DNA of 64,000 nucleotides from an uncultured Chromatiales bacterium (GTDB lineage Bacteria; Pseudomonadota; Gammaproteobacteria; CBFCYW01): NCBI GenBank assembly GCA_965602395.1, contig CBFCYW010000005.1, positions 5,486 to 69,485 of the forward strand, read 5' to 3'. Shown piece by piece: positions 54,659 to 64,000 of this stretch (position 1 is its first letter; each line of letters starts with the position of its first letter). The notes under the pieces were generated by a model. It saw only the letters and a program-made list of their open reading frames with translations, ran no database searches and was not told where the DNA came from. The position numbers and the translations under genes were made by a program.

Positions 54659-56794
54659 TCAGAATTGCGCCTGGCGGCGGCGCACTTCGAGCATTTCCTC
54701 GCCCGCCGCCAGCGCTTCGCCGAGGGTTTCGATACCGCGCGAGCGCAGCATCGGCAGCAGTCGCAGCAGCAGCTCGGCACCGATCAGTGAATCGCCCAGC
54801 GCACTGTGCCGGCGCTGGCCCAGATCGATGCCGAAGCGCGCCGCGCTGCCCTCCAGGGTGTGATCGCTCTCCTCCGGGTGCAGCCACACGCCGAGCAGCA
54901 GCAGATCGAGCACCGGCTGGTTGAACTCGACCCCGGCGCGCTGTTCGGCGAGCTTCAGAAAGCGCATGTCGAAGGCGGCGTTGTGCGCCACTAGCACGGC
55001 CTGCTCGCCGACGAAGTCGTGAAACTGCGGCAGCACCACCTCCAGCGGCGGCTTGTCGGCGATGATGGCATCGTCGATGCCGTGAAAGCGCGTCGAGCTG
55101 CGCGGGATCGGCCGCCCCGGGTTGATCAGCCGCTCGAAGCTCTCGCCGCCGAGCAGGCGGCCGTTGACCACCCGCACCGCGCCCAGTGCGACGATCGCGT
55201 CGCCCTGCGACGGCCTCAGCCCGGTGGTCTCGCAATCGAAGACCACGAACTCCAGCTCATCGAGGCGGCGGTCGGCCAGCGGGCCGTGCTCATGATCGGC
55301 GCTGGCCAGCTCGAAGTCGTAAAACTCCGGGCGCGGCGGCAGCTTTTCGCGCGGCGCCTGCCACTGTCGCGGCGAAGCCGGCAGCGGCAGCCGCAGCAGC
55401 GCCAGCGCCTCGCGCCGCGGGTGGCGCTGGCTCCACAGCTCGCTGTCGTGCAGCTCGACCACCTGCGCCGCGGTGATCGCGCCGGCGGTGGCTTCGGGCA
55501 GCGCCTCTTCGAGCCAGCCGAACAGCGTGCTGTCGGCGATCCGCTCGCCGCGCCAGATGATGTCGAGGTAGACGCGGTTGTCGCCGAGCAGTGCCTCGAC
55601 ATCGAAGTGGCTCTGCCCGGTGTGCGTCGCAGTGCGTCGCAGCAGGTGTTCGAGCAGCGCCAGCAGGCCGTTGCTGTCGACGTGCAGCCACAGCGGCATG
55701 CCGGTGGCGGTGATTTCGATATCGCTCGGCGCGAGGCGATGCTGCAGTGCGGCAAAAAGATCCGCGGAGTAGGCGTCGACCAGCAGCCACTGCGCCCCGG
55801 CGAGGCGCCGCTGGCCGTCGGCGGCGCGCGCCAGCTGCGCCGACAGGGCCTGTGATTCATCCGCCACCACCCGCACGAAGCGCGCGCGGCTGGCGGCGTC
55901 CATCTCCGGGTGTGCGCTGAGGTTTTCGCCGGCGGCGCGCAGATTGGCCAGCGGCCCGCGCTGGCCTTCGAGCAGCGCGTGCAGCAGGCCATCGCGGCGG
56001 CGCAGGCCGTCGATCCGGCGGGTGGCATCCTCGAAGCTGAGGGCGAAGCCGGCCTGCGGCGTGGCAGTCGGCGCTGCGCCGCTGTCACCGGTGGGCAGCA
56101 GCGTCATGCGGCACTGCAGCAGCAGTTGGCCATCGAGCGCTGAGCAGATGAAGTCGCCACCGCGGTTGCCGGGTGCCGGGGATTCGCCGGCCAGACGCAG
56201 CAATTGCAGCTGGTGACTCAGCGGTGCGCGCGGCAACAACGCGTAGATCGAGCGGCCGAGACCGACCGGGGCGTTGCTGCCGAGAATGCGCAGCGCCGCC
56301 GGGTTGTACAGCAGGATGCTGCCGCCGGCATCGCAGACCAGCACGCCGCTGTCCAGCTCGCGCAGGATCAGCTCCAGCCGCTGGCGCTGTTGGTCGGCCT
56401 CGCTGGCGCCGGTCTGCAGCGCCTTGGCGACGCTGTGCCGGGCCTCCTGCAGCTGGCCGATGAGTGCTTCGATGGCTGCCGGCAAGCTGCCGAGCTGGTG
56501 CCGTGGCGGCAGCTGCGGGACCTCGCCGGGGCGGCCGTGGGCGGCGATTTCGCAGGCCGCGGCGACGCTGTGCAGTGGCCGCAGCAGGCGCAGATCGAGC
56601 AGTGCCCAAACGATCACCAGCAGTGCCACGCCGGCCAGCAGCGGCAGCAGGATGGCGCCCAGCGCGCGGTATTGCAGCTCGCCGGCGGGCAGCGTCGGAA
56701 ACAGCAGCCAGCCGGCGGCGAGACCGGCGGCGGCGAGCGCCGCCAGCGCCGGGATCAGCCACAGCCATAAGCGTTTGCGTTGGGTCATCGCCAT
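54659..56794 (-). CDS. Membrane sensor protein with a PAS-like domain fused to a C-terminal DEDDh 3'-5' exonuclease (DnaQ/epsilon-like) domain
   Basis: 711 aa. N-terminal TM helices flank a periplasmic loop, with a PAS-like region (ELDSGVLVCDAGGSILLYNPAALRILG). C-terminal Exo I FVVFDCETTGL, Exo II LVAHNAAFDMRFL and Exo III HSALGDSLIGAELL. Confidence 0.75.
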   Translation of the reverse strand: MAMTQRKRLWLWLIPALAALAAAGLAAGWLLFPTLPAGELQYRALGAILLPLLAGVALLVIVWALLDLRLLRPLHSVAAACEIAAHGRPGEVPQLPPRHQLGSLPAAIEALIGQLQEARHSVAKALQTGASEADQQRQRLELILRELDSGVLVCDAGGSILLYNPAALRILGSNAPVGLGRSIYALLPRAPLSHQLQLLRLAGESPAPGNRGGDFICSALDGQLLLQCRMTLLPTGDSGAAPTATPQAGFALSFEDATRRIDGLRRRDGLLHALLEGQRGPLANLRAAGENLSAHPEMDAASRARFVRVVADESQALSAQLARAADGQRRLAGAQWLLVDAYSADLFAALQHRLAPSDIEITATGMPLWLHVDSNGLLALLEHLLRRTATHTGQSHFDVEALLGDNRVYLDIIWRGERIADSTLFGWLEEALPEATAGAITAAQVVELHDSELWSQRHPRREALALLRLPLPASPRQWQAPREKLPPRPEFYDFELASADHEHGPLADRRLDELEFVVFDCETTGLRPSQGDAIVALGAVRVVNGRLLGGESFERLINPGRPIPRSSTRFHGIDDAIIADKPPLEVVLPQFHDFVGEQAVLVAHNAAFDMRFLKLAEQRAGVEFNQPVLDLLLLGVWLHPEESDHTLEGSAARFGIDLGQRRHSALGDSLIGAELLLRLLPMLRSRGIETLGEALAAGEEMLEVRRRQAQF

Positions 56795-56828
56795 TTCAGC
56801 CTCGCCTTGCGCGCGCCGTCATCTGCCG

Positions 56829-57224
56829 TCATTCGGCATCGCTCGCGTCACCCGTCGATTCGTCCAGCGCAGCGCTGACCACGGTGACGATCTCCTGGGT
56901 GGCGAAGGGTTTGGTGAGGTAGTCGTCGGCGCCCAGGGCGAGCCCTTTTTCGCGCTCGATGTCACGGCCCTTGGCGGTCAGCATGACGACTTTGATCGCC
57001 GCGCTGGCCGGGTCGCCCTTGAGCGCTTCGCAGACCTCATAGCCGTTTTTGCGCGGCATGTTGACGTCGAGCAGGATCAGATCCGGCGGCTCGCTGGCGA
57101 CCGCTGCGAGCGCCTGCTCGCCATCGCCGGCGGTGCTCACCCGGTAGCCGGCCTGGCGCATCAGAAATTCCAGCGAGAGGACGATGTTCGGTTCGTCGTC
57201 GACTATCAGGATGTGCTTGCTCAT
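56829..57224 (-). CDS. Single-domain response regulator (CheY-like receiver)
   Basis: 131 aa from ATG 57224. ILIVDDEPN, LILLDVNMP (phospho-Asp), MLTAKG and KPF. Sits 34 nt upstream of the sensor-exonuclease gene. Confidence 0.8.
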   Translation of the reverse strand: MSKHILIVDDEPNIVLSLEFLMRQAGYRVSTAGDGEQALAAVASEPPDLILLDVNMPRKNGYEVCEALKGDPASAAIKVVMLTAKGRDIEREKGLALGADDYLTKPFATQEIVTVVSAALDESTGDASDAE

Positions 57225-57499
57225 CGCGGCCTTTCCTTCATTCTCTGCGCTCGCCCCACCCGCGCCGGCGCGTATCGTCGGCGCTCTGGCCGCGGCGGCG
57301 CTGTATCGTCCGGGCGGCAGTCTGCGCGCACACGTTGTTTGTGCCATGTTCTGTCGCTGTCACGGGGGCGTCAAGCGGTGTGCTGTGAGTTGTGACCCAG
57401 CGGTGGCCGGCAATGCTGGCTGTGCCCGGTACACAGACCCGCCACCGCGCGCCCGCTGGATTTACAATGCCTGCCCGATACCCGCTGCGGAGATCCGCC

Positions 57500-58378
57500 A
57501 TGCCTCACCCCCAAGCACCCGCCCGCTGGCGCGGCATCGCCCGCCGCGTGCCCGGCCAGGCCACCAGCGATGGCGCCGGCGTGCGCCTGACGCGCAGCCT
57601 CGGCAGCCGCGCGCTGTTGCAGCTCGACCCCTTCCTGTTGCTCGACGAATTCCGCAACGACGACCCGCAGGCCTACATCGCCGGCTTTCCGCCGCACCCG
57701 CACCGCGGTTTTGAGACCGTCACCTACATGCTCGCCGGGCACATGCGCCACGAGGACAGCATGGGCAACACCGGCCACCTCGGCCCCGGCGCGGTGCAGT
57801 GGATGAGCGCCGCCTCGGGCATCATCCACTCGGAGATGCCCGAGCAGGAGGACGGCCTGCTGTGGGGATTCCAGCTGTGGGTCAACCTGCCGGCGGCGGA
57901 GAAAATGGCCGCGCCGCGCTATCAGGACATCCCCGCCGAGGGCATCCCCGAGGGCGTCGACGAGGCCGGCGTGCGTTTGCGGGTCATCGCCGGGCGCAGC
58001 GAAATCGGCGGCCGGCCGCTGCGTGGCCCGGTGCAGCCACGCGCCAGCCAACCGCTGTATCTGGATATCTCGCTGCCGGCCGGGACGGCCTTCGAGCAGC
58101 AACTGCCGGCGGCCCACAATGCGCTGGTCTACCCGGTCGAGGGCGCGCCGCTGATCGCCGGCGAAGCACTCGCCGAGAAGACCCTGGCGGTGCTCGGCGA
58201 GGGCGACGCGCTGCGCATTGCCGCCGGTGACGCCGCAGCTCGCGCGTTGCTCATCGCCGGGCAGCCGCTGGGCGAGCCGATCTCGCGCTACGGCCCCTTC
58301 GTGATGAACAGCCACGAGGAGATCCAGCGCGCGCTGGATGACTACCGTCGCGGCGAGCTGGTGCAGGCGCGCGGCTGA
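57500..58378 (+). CDS. Pirin family protein (bicupin)
   Basis: 292 aa. Metal-binding cupin motif HPHRGFETVTYMLAGH...HSE. Confidence 0.8.
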   Translation: MPHPQAPARWRGIARRVPGQATSDGAGVRLTRSLGSRALLQLDPFLLLDEFRNDDPQAYIAGFPPHPHRGFETVTYMLAGHMRHEDSMGNTGHLGPGAVQWMSAASGIIHSEMPEQEDGLLWGFQLWVNLPAAEKMAAPRYQDIPAEGIPEGVDEAGVRLRVIAGRSEIGGRPLRGPVQPRASQPLYLDISLPAGTAFEQQLPAAHNALVYPVEGAPLIAGEALAEKTLAVLGEGDALRIAAGDAAARALLIAGQPLGEPISRYGPFVMNSHEEIQRALDDYRRGELVQARG

Positions 58379-58417
58379 GGCGGCGTCAACGCGCCGCGCC
58401 AGCCGCGGTGCGCAGCG

Positions 58418-59071
58418 CTACTCGGCGAGCAGCGACAGCTCGCCGGCAGCCACCGCCGGCGGCGTATCGGCGAGCGTATCGGCGACGCGGATCGTCAGCC
58501 GTTCGATCTGCTGCACGCCGGCGTCATTCTCGAACCAGATCGGCACCTGCCACTCGCCGCTGCGACCGAGGCGGATGCGCCGCCAGGTGCGATAGCGCAC
58601 CGCGCCGTTGATCGAGAACTTGCTGATGTCGCGGGTGATGCCGTCGTGCTGGTACTGCATCAGCACCCGGCCGCGCTGGCCGCGCGGGACCAGAAAGTTC
58701 ATCCACGCGTAGACGCTCTGCCCGGGGCGCAGGCTCTCGCCGAGGATCTCTTCGCGGCACTCGTTTTTCAGCCGGCCCGAGCGGTGCACGCCGTTGCACA
58801 GCTTGAAATCGGCCAGCACCGGCAGCTGCGCCCGTGGACTGAAATAGTAGTTGAGCACGTTGCGCACCTCGGCCGGGCGCGGTGGGGTGAAGACTTGCGC
58901 CGCTTCGGCGTCGCCCGCTGCTGCGGAATCGGCCGCAATCGCCGGCTCGCTTGCCGGCTGAGGCGGGTGCGACGGGTGGCTCGGTGGCTCGGCGGCGCGA
59001 CCGAGCTGCACGCTGGCGATGGCGGCGCTGCCGGCGAGCACGGCGGCGATGGCGGTACGGGTATCAAACAT
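58418..59071 (-). CDS. Secreted protein of unknown function (possibly DUF2914-like)
   Basis: ATG at 59071 gives MFDTRTAIAAVLAGSAAIASVQLG (signal peptide). Pro-rich linker, then a C-terminal beta-rich domain. Confidence 0.45.
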   Translation of the reverse strand: MFDTRTAIAAVLAGSAAIASVQLGRAAEPPSHPSHPPQPASEPAIAADSAAAGDAEAAQVFTPPRPAEVRNVLNYYFSPRAQLPVLADFKLCNGVHRSGRLKNECREEILGESLRPGQSVYAWMNFLVPRGQRGRVLMQYQHDGITRDISKFSINGAVRYRTWRRIRLGRSGEWQVPIWFENDAGVQQIERLTIRVADTLADTPPAVAAGELSLLAE

Positions 59072-59246
59072 CGGTTTGTCTCCTTTGTTGCAGGTCGGGC
59101 CGGGCGGCTCGACGGGAGACATTCAAGCGCTGCAATCGGGCCGCGGCGGGGCACAAATCTGCCGCGCCGGCGATGGATTGTGGCCAATCGTGGCGTACCG
59201 TAAATGGGCCGCAAGCGGCGCCGGCGCTGTGGCACACTGCGCCGCC

Positions 59247-60008
59247 ATGAGCCAACGCATCGCACTGGTCGAAGACGAGCCGCTGATCCGCGACAACTAC
59301 CGCGAGTCGCTGCAGCGCCAGGGCTATCGCGTCGACGCCTACGCCGACCGCGCCGCGGCGCTGGCCGGCTGCGCACTCAATCCGCCGCAGCTGGCGATCA
59401 TCGACATCGGCCTCGGCGACGAGCCGGAGGGCGGCTTCGATCTGTGCCGCGAATTGCGCGCCGGCGATGCCGCGCTGCCGATCATCTTCCTGACCGCCCG
59501 CGACTCCGAGCTGGATGCCATCTGCGCGCTGCGCCTGGGTGCCGACGACTATCTGGTCAAGGGCATCAGCCTCGCCCATCTCAGCGCCCGGGTCGCCGCG
59601 CTGCTACGCCGCGTGGCCGCACTGCGCGAGCCGCCGCAGGCATCGCAGCGCCTGCAGCGCGGCGCGCTGACGCTGGATCTGGATCGCCTCGACGCCAGCT
59701 GGCGCGGCCAGCCGCTGGGATTGACGCTGACCGAATTCTGGGTGGTCCACGCGCTGGCCCGCCACCCTGGCCACGTCAAATCGCGCGAGCAGCTGATGCA
59801 GGCCGCCAACGCGGTGATGGACGAGGCCAGCGTCAGCTCGCTGGTCAAGCGCACGCGGCGCAAGTTTCTCGCTTTGGATCAAGGCTTTGCCGCTATCCAG
59901 ACCGCCTACGGCATGGGCTATCGCTGGCGTGCCGACGAGCCCGCTGGCGACCACCATGGCGACCACGATGGCGAGCGCGGCGGCCATAACCGCGACGCCG
60001 GCCAGTGA
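59247..60008 (+). CDS. OmpR/PhoB-family two-component response regulator
   Basis: Receiver (IALVEDEP, LAIIDIGL, LTARDS, KP... as DDYLVKG). Winged-helix trans_reg_C (LTLTEFWVVHALARHPGHVKSREQLM). TGA overlaps the GTG of the downstream kinase. Confidence 0.8.
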   Translation: MSQRIALVEDEPLIRDNYRESLQRQGYRVDAYADRAAALAGCALNPPQLAIIDIGLGDEPEGGFDLCRELRAGDAALPIIFLTARDSELDAICALRLGADDYLVKGISLAHLSARVAALLRRVAALREPPQASQRLQRGALTLDLDRLDASWRGQPLGLTLTEFWVVHALARHPGHVKSREQLMQAANAVMDEASVSSLVKRTRRKFLALDQGFAAIQTAYGMGYRWRADEPAGDHHGDHDGERGGHNRDAGQ

Positions 60009-62293
60009 GCCTGCGCCGCCAGGTGCTGTTGCTGGCGCTGCTCAGCCTGCTGCTGCCCTGGGCGGGCTACGCCTATCTCGGCGAGCTGGCGCAGACTCTG
60101 CGCGCCGGCCAATTGCAAGCGCTGCTGGCGCGTGCCGAAGTGGCCGCGCGCTTGCTGGCGCGCGACTTCCCGGCCGCTGGCGCCAGCCTGCCGGACGAGC
60201 GCGACATCTACGCCCAGCGGCTGCCGGCACCGCTGGCGCTGGATGGCTACGACGACGACTGGAGCACCGTGCCCGGCGCTGCCCGCCGGTTCCACTTCGG
60301 TGACCACAAGCGTGGTCCGGTGGCGGCCAGTGGACAGGTCGCCGAGGTGGCGCTGCGCGCCGCCGAGGACGGCCAGCGGCTGTACCTGTTTTTGCGCGTG
60401 CGCGACGACCACCAGCGCTACGAGCGCCCGCTGCCGCCACCGGCCGACGACGAGCGCCGCCGCTTCCGTGGCGAACCCCCCGGGCGCCTCGGCGACCACC
60501 TGCTGCTGCGCCTGTCGCTGCAGGGCGGGCCGCGCCGCGACTACCTGCTCGCCACCCCGGCGCCGGGCCGTCTGCAGGCGCGCTACCGCGGGCCGCGCCG
60601 CGCCGGTCGCCGCGCGCTGCTGGTCGAGCCACGCATCCGCGGCAGCTGGCAGGACACCGGCGAAGGCTACAGCCTGGAGCTGTCGCTGCCGCTGCCGCCG
60701 GCCGCTGCAGAGTTCGCTTTCGCGGTGCTCGACGCCGATGCCGAGGGCGACGACCCGCGGCAACGCTGGAGCGGCACCGCCGACCCCCTGCGGCCCGCTG
60801 CCAGCGGCGGCCGCCTGCGCCGCGGCGAGCCGGCGCTGGCGGCGGCGCTGGCACAACTCGGTGGCGATGACCTCAGCCTGGCCGCCTACGACAGCGGCGG
60901 CTGGCGGCTGGCCGCGGTGCGACCCTCACGGCGTGCGGCAGCTGGCGCCGGCGAGCCTGCCGAGGCGCCGGACGACAGCGCCGGCGGCGCTTTTGACGAT
61001 GCCTTCGGCGGTGCACTGGATGAGCTGCTGGAGCGCGCCGCGGCGCGCCTGTTCGCCGCGCTGCTCGAAGACCGCGGCAGACTGCCGGCACTGCCCGATA
61101 GCGCCGACGGGCGACTCGACGGCGCGCTGTTCGCCGCCGCGCGCAACGGCGCGCCGCTGCCGCCGGACTACTATCGCGCCGGCCGCCGCACCCATCTGGC
61201 CGTGGCGCTGCCGGTGCGCGGTGGCGACGGCGCGGTGCGCGGCGTGCTGCTCGCCAGCCAGCCGTCGCGGGCGGTGGATGCGCTGGCCGGGCGCGCGCTG
61301 CTGCGCCTGTTGTCGCTGGGCCTGCTGGCGGTGGTGCTGATCACCGCCGCGCTGCTCGGCTATGCCAGCTGGCTGAGCTGGCGGGTGCGCCGCCTGCGCG
61401 ACGCCGCGGCGCGCGGCGTGGATGTGCGCGGCGTACCGGTGGCGCGGCGCGCATCCGGCAGCGCCCGCGAGTCACTGCCCGGCAGTGCCGCCGGCGATGA
61501 GCTGGGCGAGCTGGCGCGCGATTTCGGCACCCTGCTGGCGCGCCAGCGCGACTACACCGACTACCTGCGCGGCATGAACGCGCGCCTCGCCCACGAGCTG
61601 CGCACACCGCTGGCGGTGGTCTCCGGGGCGCTGGAAAATCTCGATGATGGCGAGCTGAGCGCCGCCGCGCGCCGCTATCGCGAGCGCGCTCTGGCCGGCA
61701 GCGCGCGTCTGCAGCGGCTGCTCGACGGCCTCGCCGAAGCGACCCGCATCGAACAGGTGCTGGCGCTGGCAGAGCCGGAGGAGCTGGATCTCGGCGCCTT
61801 TCTGCGCGCCGCCACAGCGGCCTACGCCGACGCCTGGCCGGGTCGCGATATCCGCTGCGCGGTGGCCGCCGGCACGGCGCCGAAGGTGCGCGCCGACGCC
61901 GCGCTGCTCGCCCAGTTGCTCGACAAGCTGGTCGCCAACGCGCTGGATTTCTGCACCCCCGGCGGCGCCGTGGAGCTGCGCCTGGAATTGGCGGGCGAGG
62001 CCGGGCAGGGCGGCTGCGCGCTGGCGGTGCACAACCCGGGGCCGGCGCTGCCAGCGGCGGTGCGCGAACGCCCCGGCGAACCGCTCGGCAGCCACCGCGG
62101 CGCCGCCGGGCGCGACCCGCCGGATGCGGCAGCCGACGCCGGCGCCGCGCATCTGGGCCTCGGCCTGTACATCGCGCGGCTGATCGCCGAAGCTCACGGC
62201 GCGCGGCTGCAGCTGCTCGATGAGGGCGATGGCGTCACCGCGCGGGTGTTGTTCGCGGCGCGCGCCGGGAGCGAGCCCGCTGCGCTGCGCTGA
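60005..62293 (+). CDS. Sensor histidine kinase with a ~400-aa periplasmic sensor domain
   Basis: 762 aa. Signal/TM helix at residues 6-25, second TM at about 428-452. H-box [12 protein letters not shown]; N box LVANALDF; G2 box [16 protein letters not shown]. Confidence 0.75.
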   Translation: MSLRRQVLLLALLSLLLPWAGYAYLGELAQTLRAGQLQALLARAEVAARLLARDFPAAGASLPDERDIYAQRLPAPLALDGYDDDWSTVPGAARRFHFGDHKRGPVAASGQVAEVALRAAEDGQRLYLFLRVRDDHQRYERPLPPPADDERRRFRGEPPGRLGDHLLLRLSLQGGPRRDYLLATPAPGRLQARYRGPRRAGRRALLVEPRIRGSWQDTGEGYSLELSLPLPPAAAEFAFAVLDADAEGDDPRQRWSGTADPLRPAASGGRLRRGEPALAAALAQLGGDDLSLAAYDSGGWRLAAVRPSRRAAAGAGEPAEAPDDSAGGAFDDAFGGALDELLERAAARLFAALLEDRGRLPALPDSADGRLDGALFAAARNGAPLPPDYYRAGRRTHLAVALPVRGGDGAVRGVLLASQPSRAVDALAGRALLRLLSLGLLAVVLITAALLGYASWLSWRVRRLRDAAARGVDVRGVPVARRASGSARESLPGSAAGDELGELARDFGTLLARQRDYTDYLRGMNARLAHELRTPLAVVSGALENLDDGELSAAARRYRERALAGSARLQRLLDGLAEATRIEQVLALAEPEELDLGAFLRAATAAYADAWPGRDIRCAVAAGTAPKVRADAALLAQLLDKLVANALDFCTPGGAVELRLELAGEAGQGGCALAVHNPGPALPAAVRERPGEPLGSHRGAAGRDPPDAAADAGAAHLGLGLYIARLIAEAHGARLQLLDEGDGVTARVLFAARAGSEPAALR

Positions 62294-62342
62294 AGTCGTC
62301 GCGATTGCCGGCAACGATCAATTCAGGAGGAGCGTGACAGCG

Positions 62343-62735
62343 ATGAGAATTCTGCACACCATGCTGCGCGTGCGCGACCTGCAGCGCAGCATCGACTTTT
62401 ACACCGAGGTGCTGGGCATGCGCCTGCTGCGCCGCAGCGACTACCCGGATGGCGAGTTCACCCTGGCCTTTGTCGGCTATCAGGATGAGACCGAGGGCGC
62501 GGTGATCGAGCTGACCCACAATTGGGGCGAGCACGACTACGAGCTGGGCAGCGGCTACGGCCACATCGCCCTGGAAGTGGACGACGTCTACCGCGCCACC
62601 GATGAGATTCGCCGGCGCGGCGGCAAGATCCTGCGCGATGCCGGGCCGATGAACGCCGGCACTTCGATCATCGCTTTCGTCGAAGATCCGGACGGCTATC
62701 CGATCGAGCTGTGTGGGCCGCGTGGCCAGAGCTGA
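62343..62735 (+). CDS. gloA: Lactoylglutathione lyase (glyoxalase I)
   Basis: 130 aa. [13 protein letters not shown] and [14 protein letters not shown]-fold metal ligands. Confidence 0.85.
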   Translation: MRILHTMLRVRDLQRSIDFYTEVLGMRLLRRSDYPDGEFTLAFVGYQDETEGAVIELTHNWGEHDYELGSGYGHIALEVDDVYRATDEIRRRGGKILRDAGPMNAGTSIIAFVEDPDGYPIELCGPRGQS

Positions 62736-62884
62736 CCAGTAAATCCGCGGGCGGCACAGGGCGCAGCGAAACCCGCCGCATGGCGCTGCCGGCGCGATGC
62801 GGCACGGCATTGGCCGCGCCGCTGGCAATCCGCTAGCATCGCGTCCCTTTCCCGGCGAGCAGAGGTGAAAACAGGTGTGTGGCA

Positions 62885-64000
62885 TCACTGGTGAACTGCG
62901 CTTCGACGGCGCCGCGGCGGATCGCCAACTGGTCGCGGCCATGTCCGGGCGCCTCGCCCATCGCGGCCCGGACGACAGCGGCCTGCACGCCGATGGCCCC
63001 GTCGCGCTCGGCCATCGCCGGCTGTCGATCATCGATCTCTCCGCGCGCGCCCACCAGCCGATGCTCGATGCGGCGACGCAGACGGCGATCGTCTTCAACG
63101 GCGCCATCTACAACTATCCGGCGCTGCGCGAGGAGCTGATCGCCCTCGGCCACCAGTTCACCAGCAGCGGCGACACCGAAGTCATCCTGCGCGCCTATCT
63201 GCAGTGGGGCAGCGACTGCGTGGCGCGCTTCAACGGCATGTTCGCCTTTGCGATCTGGGACGCCCGCGAGCGCACGCTGTTGATGGCCCGCGACCGCATG
63301 GGCATCAAGCCGCTGTACTACAGCCAGAGCGGCGCGGCGCTGCGCTTTGCCAGCTCGCTGACCGCACTGCTGGCCGCCGACGACATCGATCGCAGCATCG
63401 ATCCGGCCGGGCTGCACCACCAGTTCACCCTGCACGGCGTGGTGCCGGCGCCGCGCACCCTGCTCAAGGGCGTGCGCAAGCTGCGACCGGCGCACTGGCG
63501 GCGGGTGCATCTCGATGGCCGCGTCGAAGAGCAGCGCTACTGGCGGCTGTCCGCCCGCCACGGCGCGGCGCGCAGCGAGCGGGAGTGGATCGATGCGGTG
63601 CACGACGCGCTGCGCCTCTCGGTCAAGCGGCGGCTGGATATCGCCGACGTGCCGGTCGGCGTGCTGCTCTCCGGCGGGCTGGATTCGAGCCTGCTGGTCG
63701 GTCTGCTGGCCGAGGCCGGGGTGCGCGATCTGAAAACCTTCACCGTCGGCTTCGAGGATCAGCCGGAGGAAAAAGGCTCGGAGTTTGAATATTCCGATCC
63801 GGTCGCCGAGCGCTTCGCCACCGAGCACCACAAATTCCACGTGCCCAACGAGCAGCTCATCAGCCGCCTGCCGGAGGCCATCGAAAAGATGGCCGAGCCG
63901 ATGTTCGGCCAGGATGCGGTGGCCTTTTATCTGCTCTCCGAGCGGGTCTCCAAAGAAGTGAAGGTGGTGCAGAGCGGGCAGGGCGCGGACGAGGTCTTCG
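62885..64000 (+). CDS. Asparagine synthetase (glutamine-hydrolysing)-type amidotransferase, 3' partial (runs off the window)
   Basis: GTG start with RBS GAGGTG. MCGITGELRF N-terminal nucleophile Cys. SGGLDSS PP-loop at about 63664. No stop before the window end, so it is absent from the ORF table. Confidence 0.75.

Noticed and set aside
59247-62293. Assignment of the regulator-kinase pair to the proteobacterial dedicated sortase system (PdsR/PdsS)
   Set aside because: No sortase, vWA target or OmpA-like partner in the window. Only generic family features are visible. Kept as a low-interest hypothesis and not entered as a feature.

Overview
High-GC (about 68-70%) gammaproteobacterial chromosomal window, probably from a halophilic or marine organism (ectoine uptake and hydrolysis genes, Na+-pumping oxaloacetate decarboxylase, MSHA-like pili). 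About 58 protein-coding genes are supported. No rRNA or tRNA genes, CRISPR arrays, transposases or integrases were seen. The GC bias produces many long antisense ORFs, and these were rejected.

Main blocks, in order:
(1) Positions 1-9783: a type IV (MSHA-like) pilus block. It holds minor pilins, a 1119-aa tip-adhesin-like protein with three internal ~165-aa repeats, then PilM/N/O/P-like proteins and a secretin.
(2) 9.8-24.9 kb: housekeeping and metabolic genes. These are panE, FAD-linked D-lactate dehydrogenase, an orphan CBS-DUF294 nucleotidyltransferase, a Prx5-Grx hybrid peroxiredoxin, phaB-phaA, a membrane class III adenylate cyclase, rarD, fdhD and bpt.
(3) 25-35.8 kb: sbcB, DUF2058, an M24 peptidase (DoeA-like) divergent from ehuBCDA, a DUF2959-like lipoprotein, pyrC and mpl.
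(4) 35.8-41.2 kb: an uncharacterised module. It holds a Hanks-type Ser/Thr kinase fused to a cNMP-binding domain, a membrane-anchored orphan receiver protein, and a convergent two-gene operon. That operon encodes a 90-aa protein and an 830-aa protein with a glycine-zipper-like segment and a histone-H1-like K/A/S/T tail. Neither product matches any family I can name from sequence. This is the best candidate for a previously undescribed system.
(5) oadGAB, ybaK, a 1163-aa multi-PAS histidine kinase and gltA.
(6) A CbrA/CrbS-like transporter-kinase that is translationally coupled to a cbrX-like small ORF carrying a (GCCATC)5 microsatellite. Next to it sit a membrane PAS-sensor protein fused to a DEDDh exonuclease domain and a single-domain receiver.
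(7) Pirin, an OmpR-type regulator with a kinase carrying a ~400-aa periplasmic sensor, gloA, and a partial asparagine-synthase-type amidotransferase at the window end.
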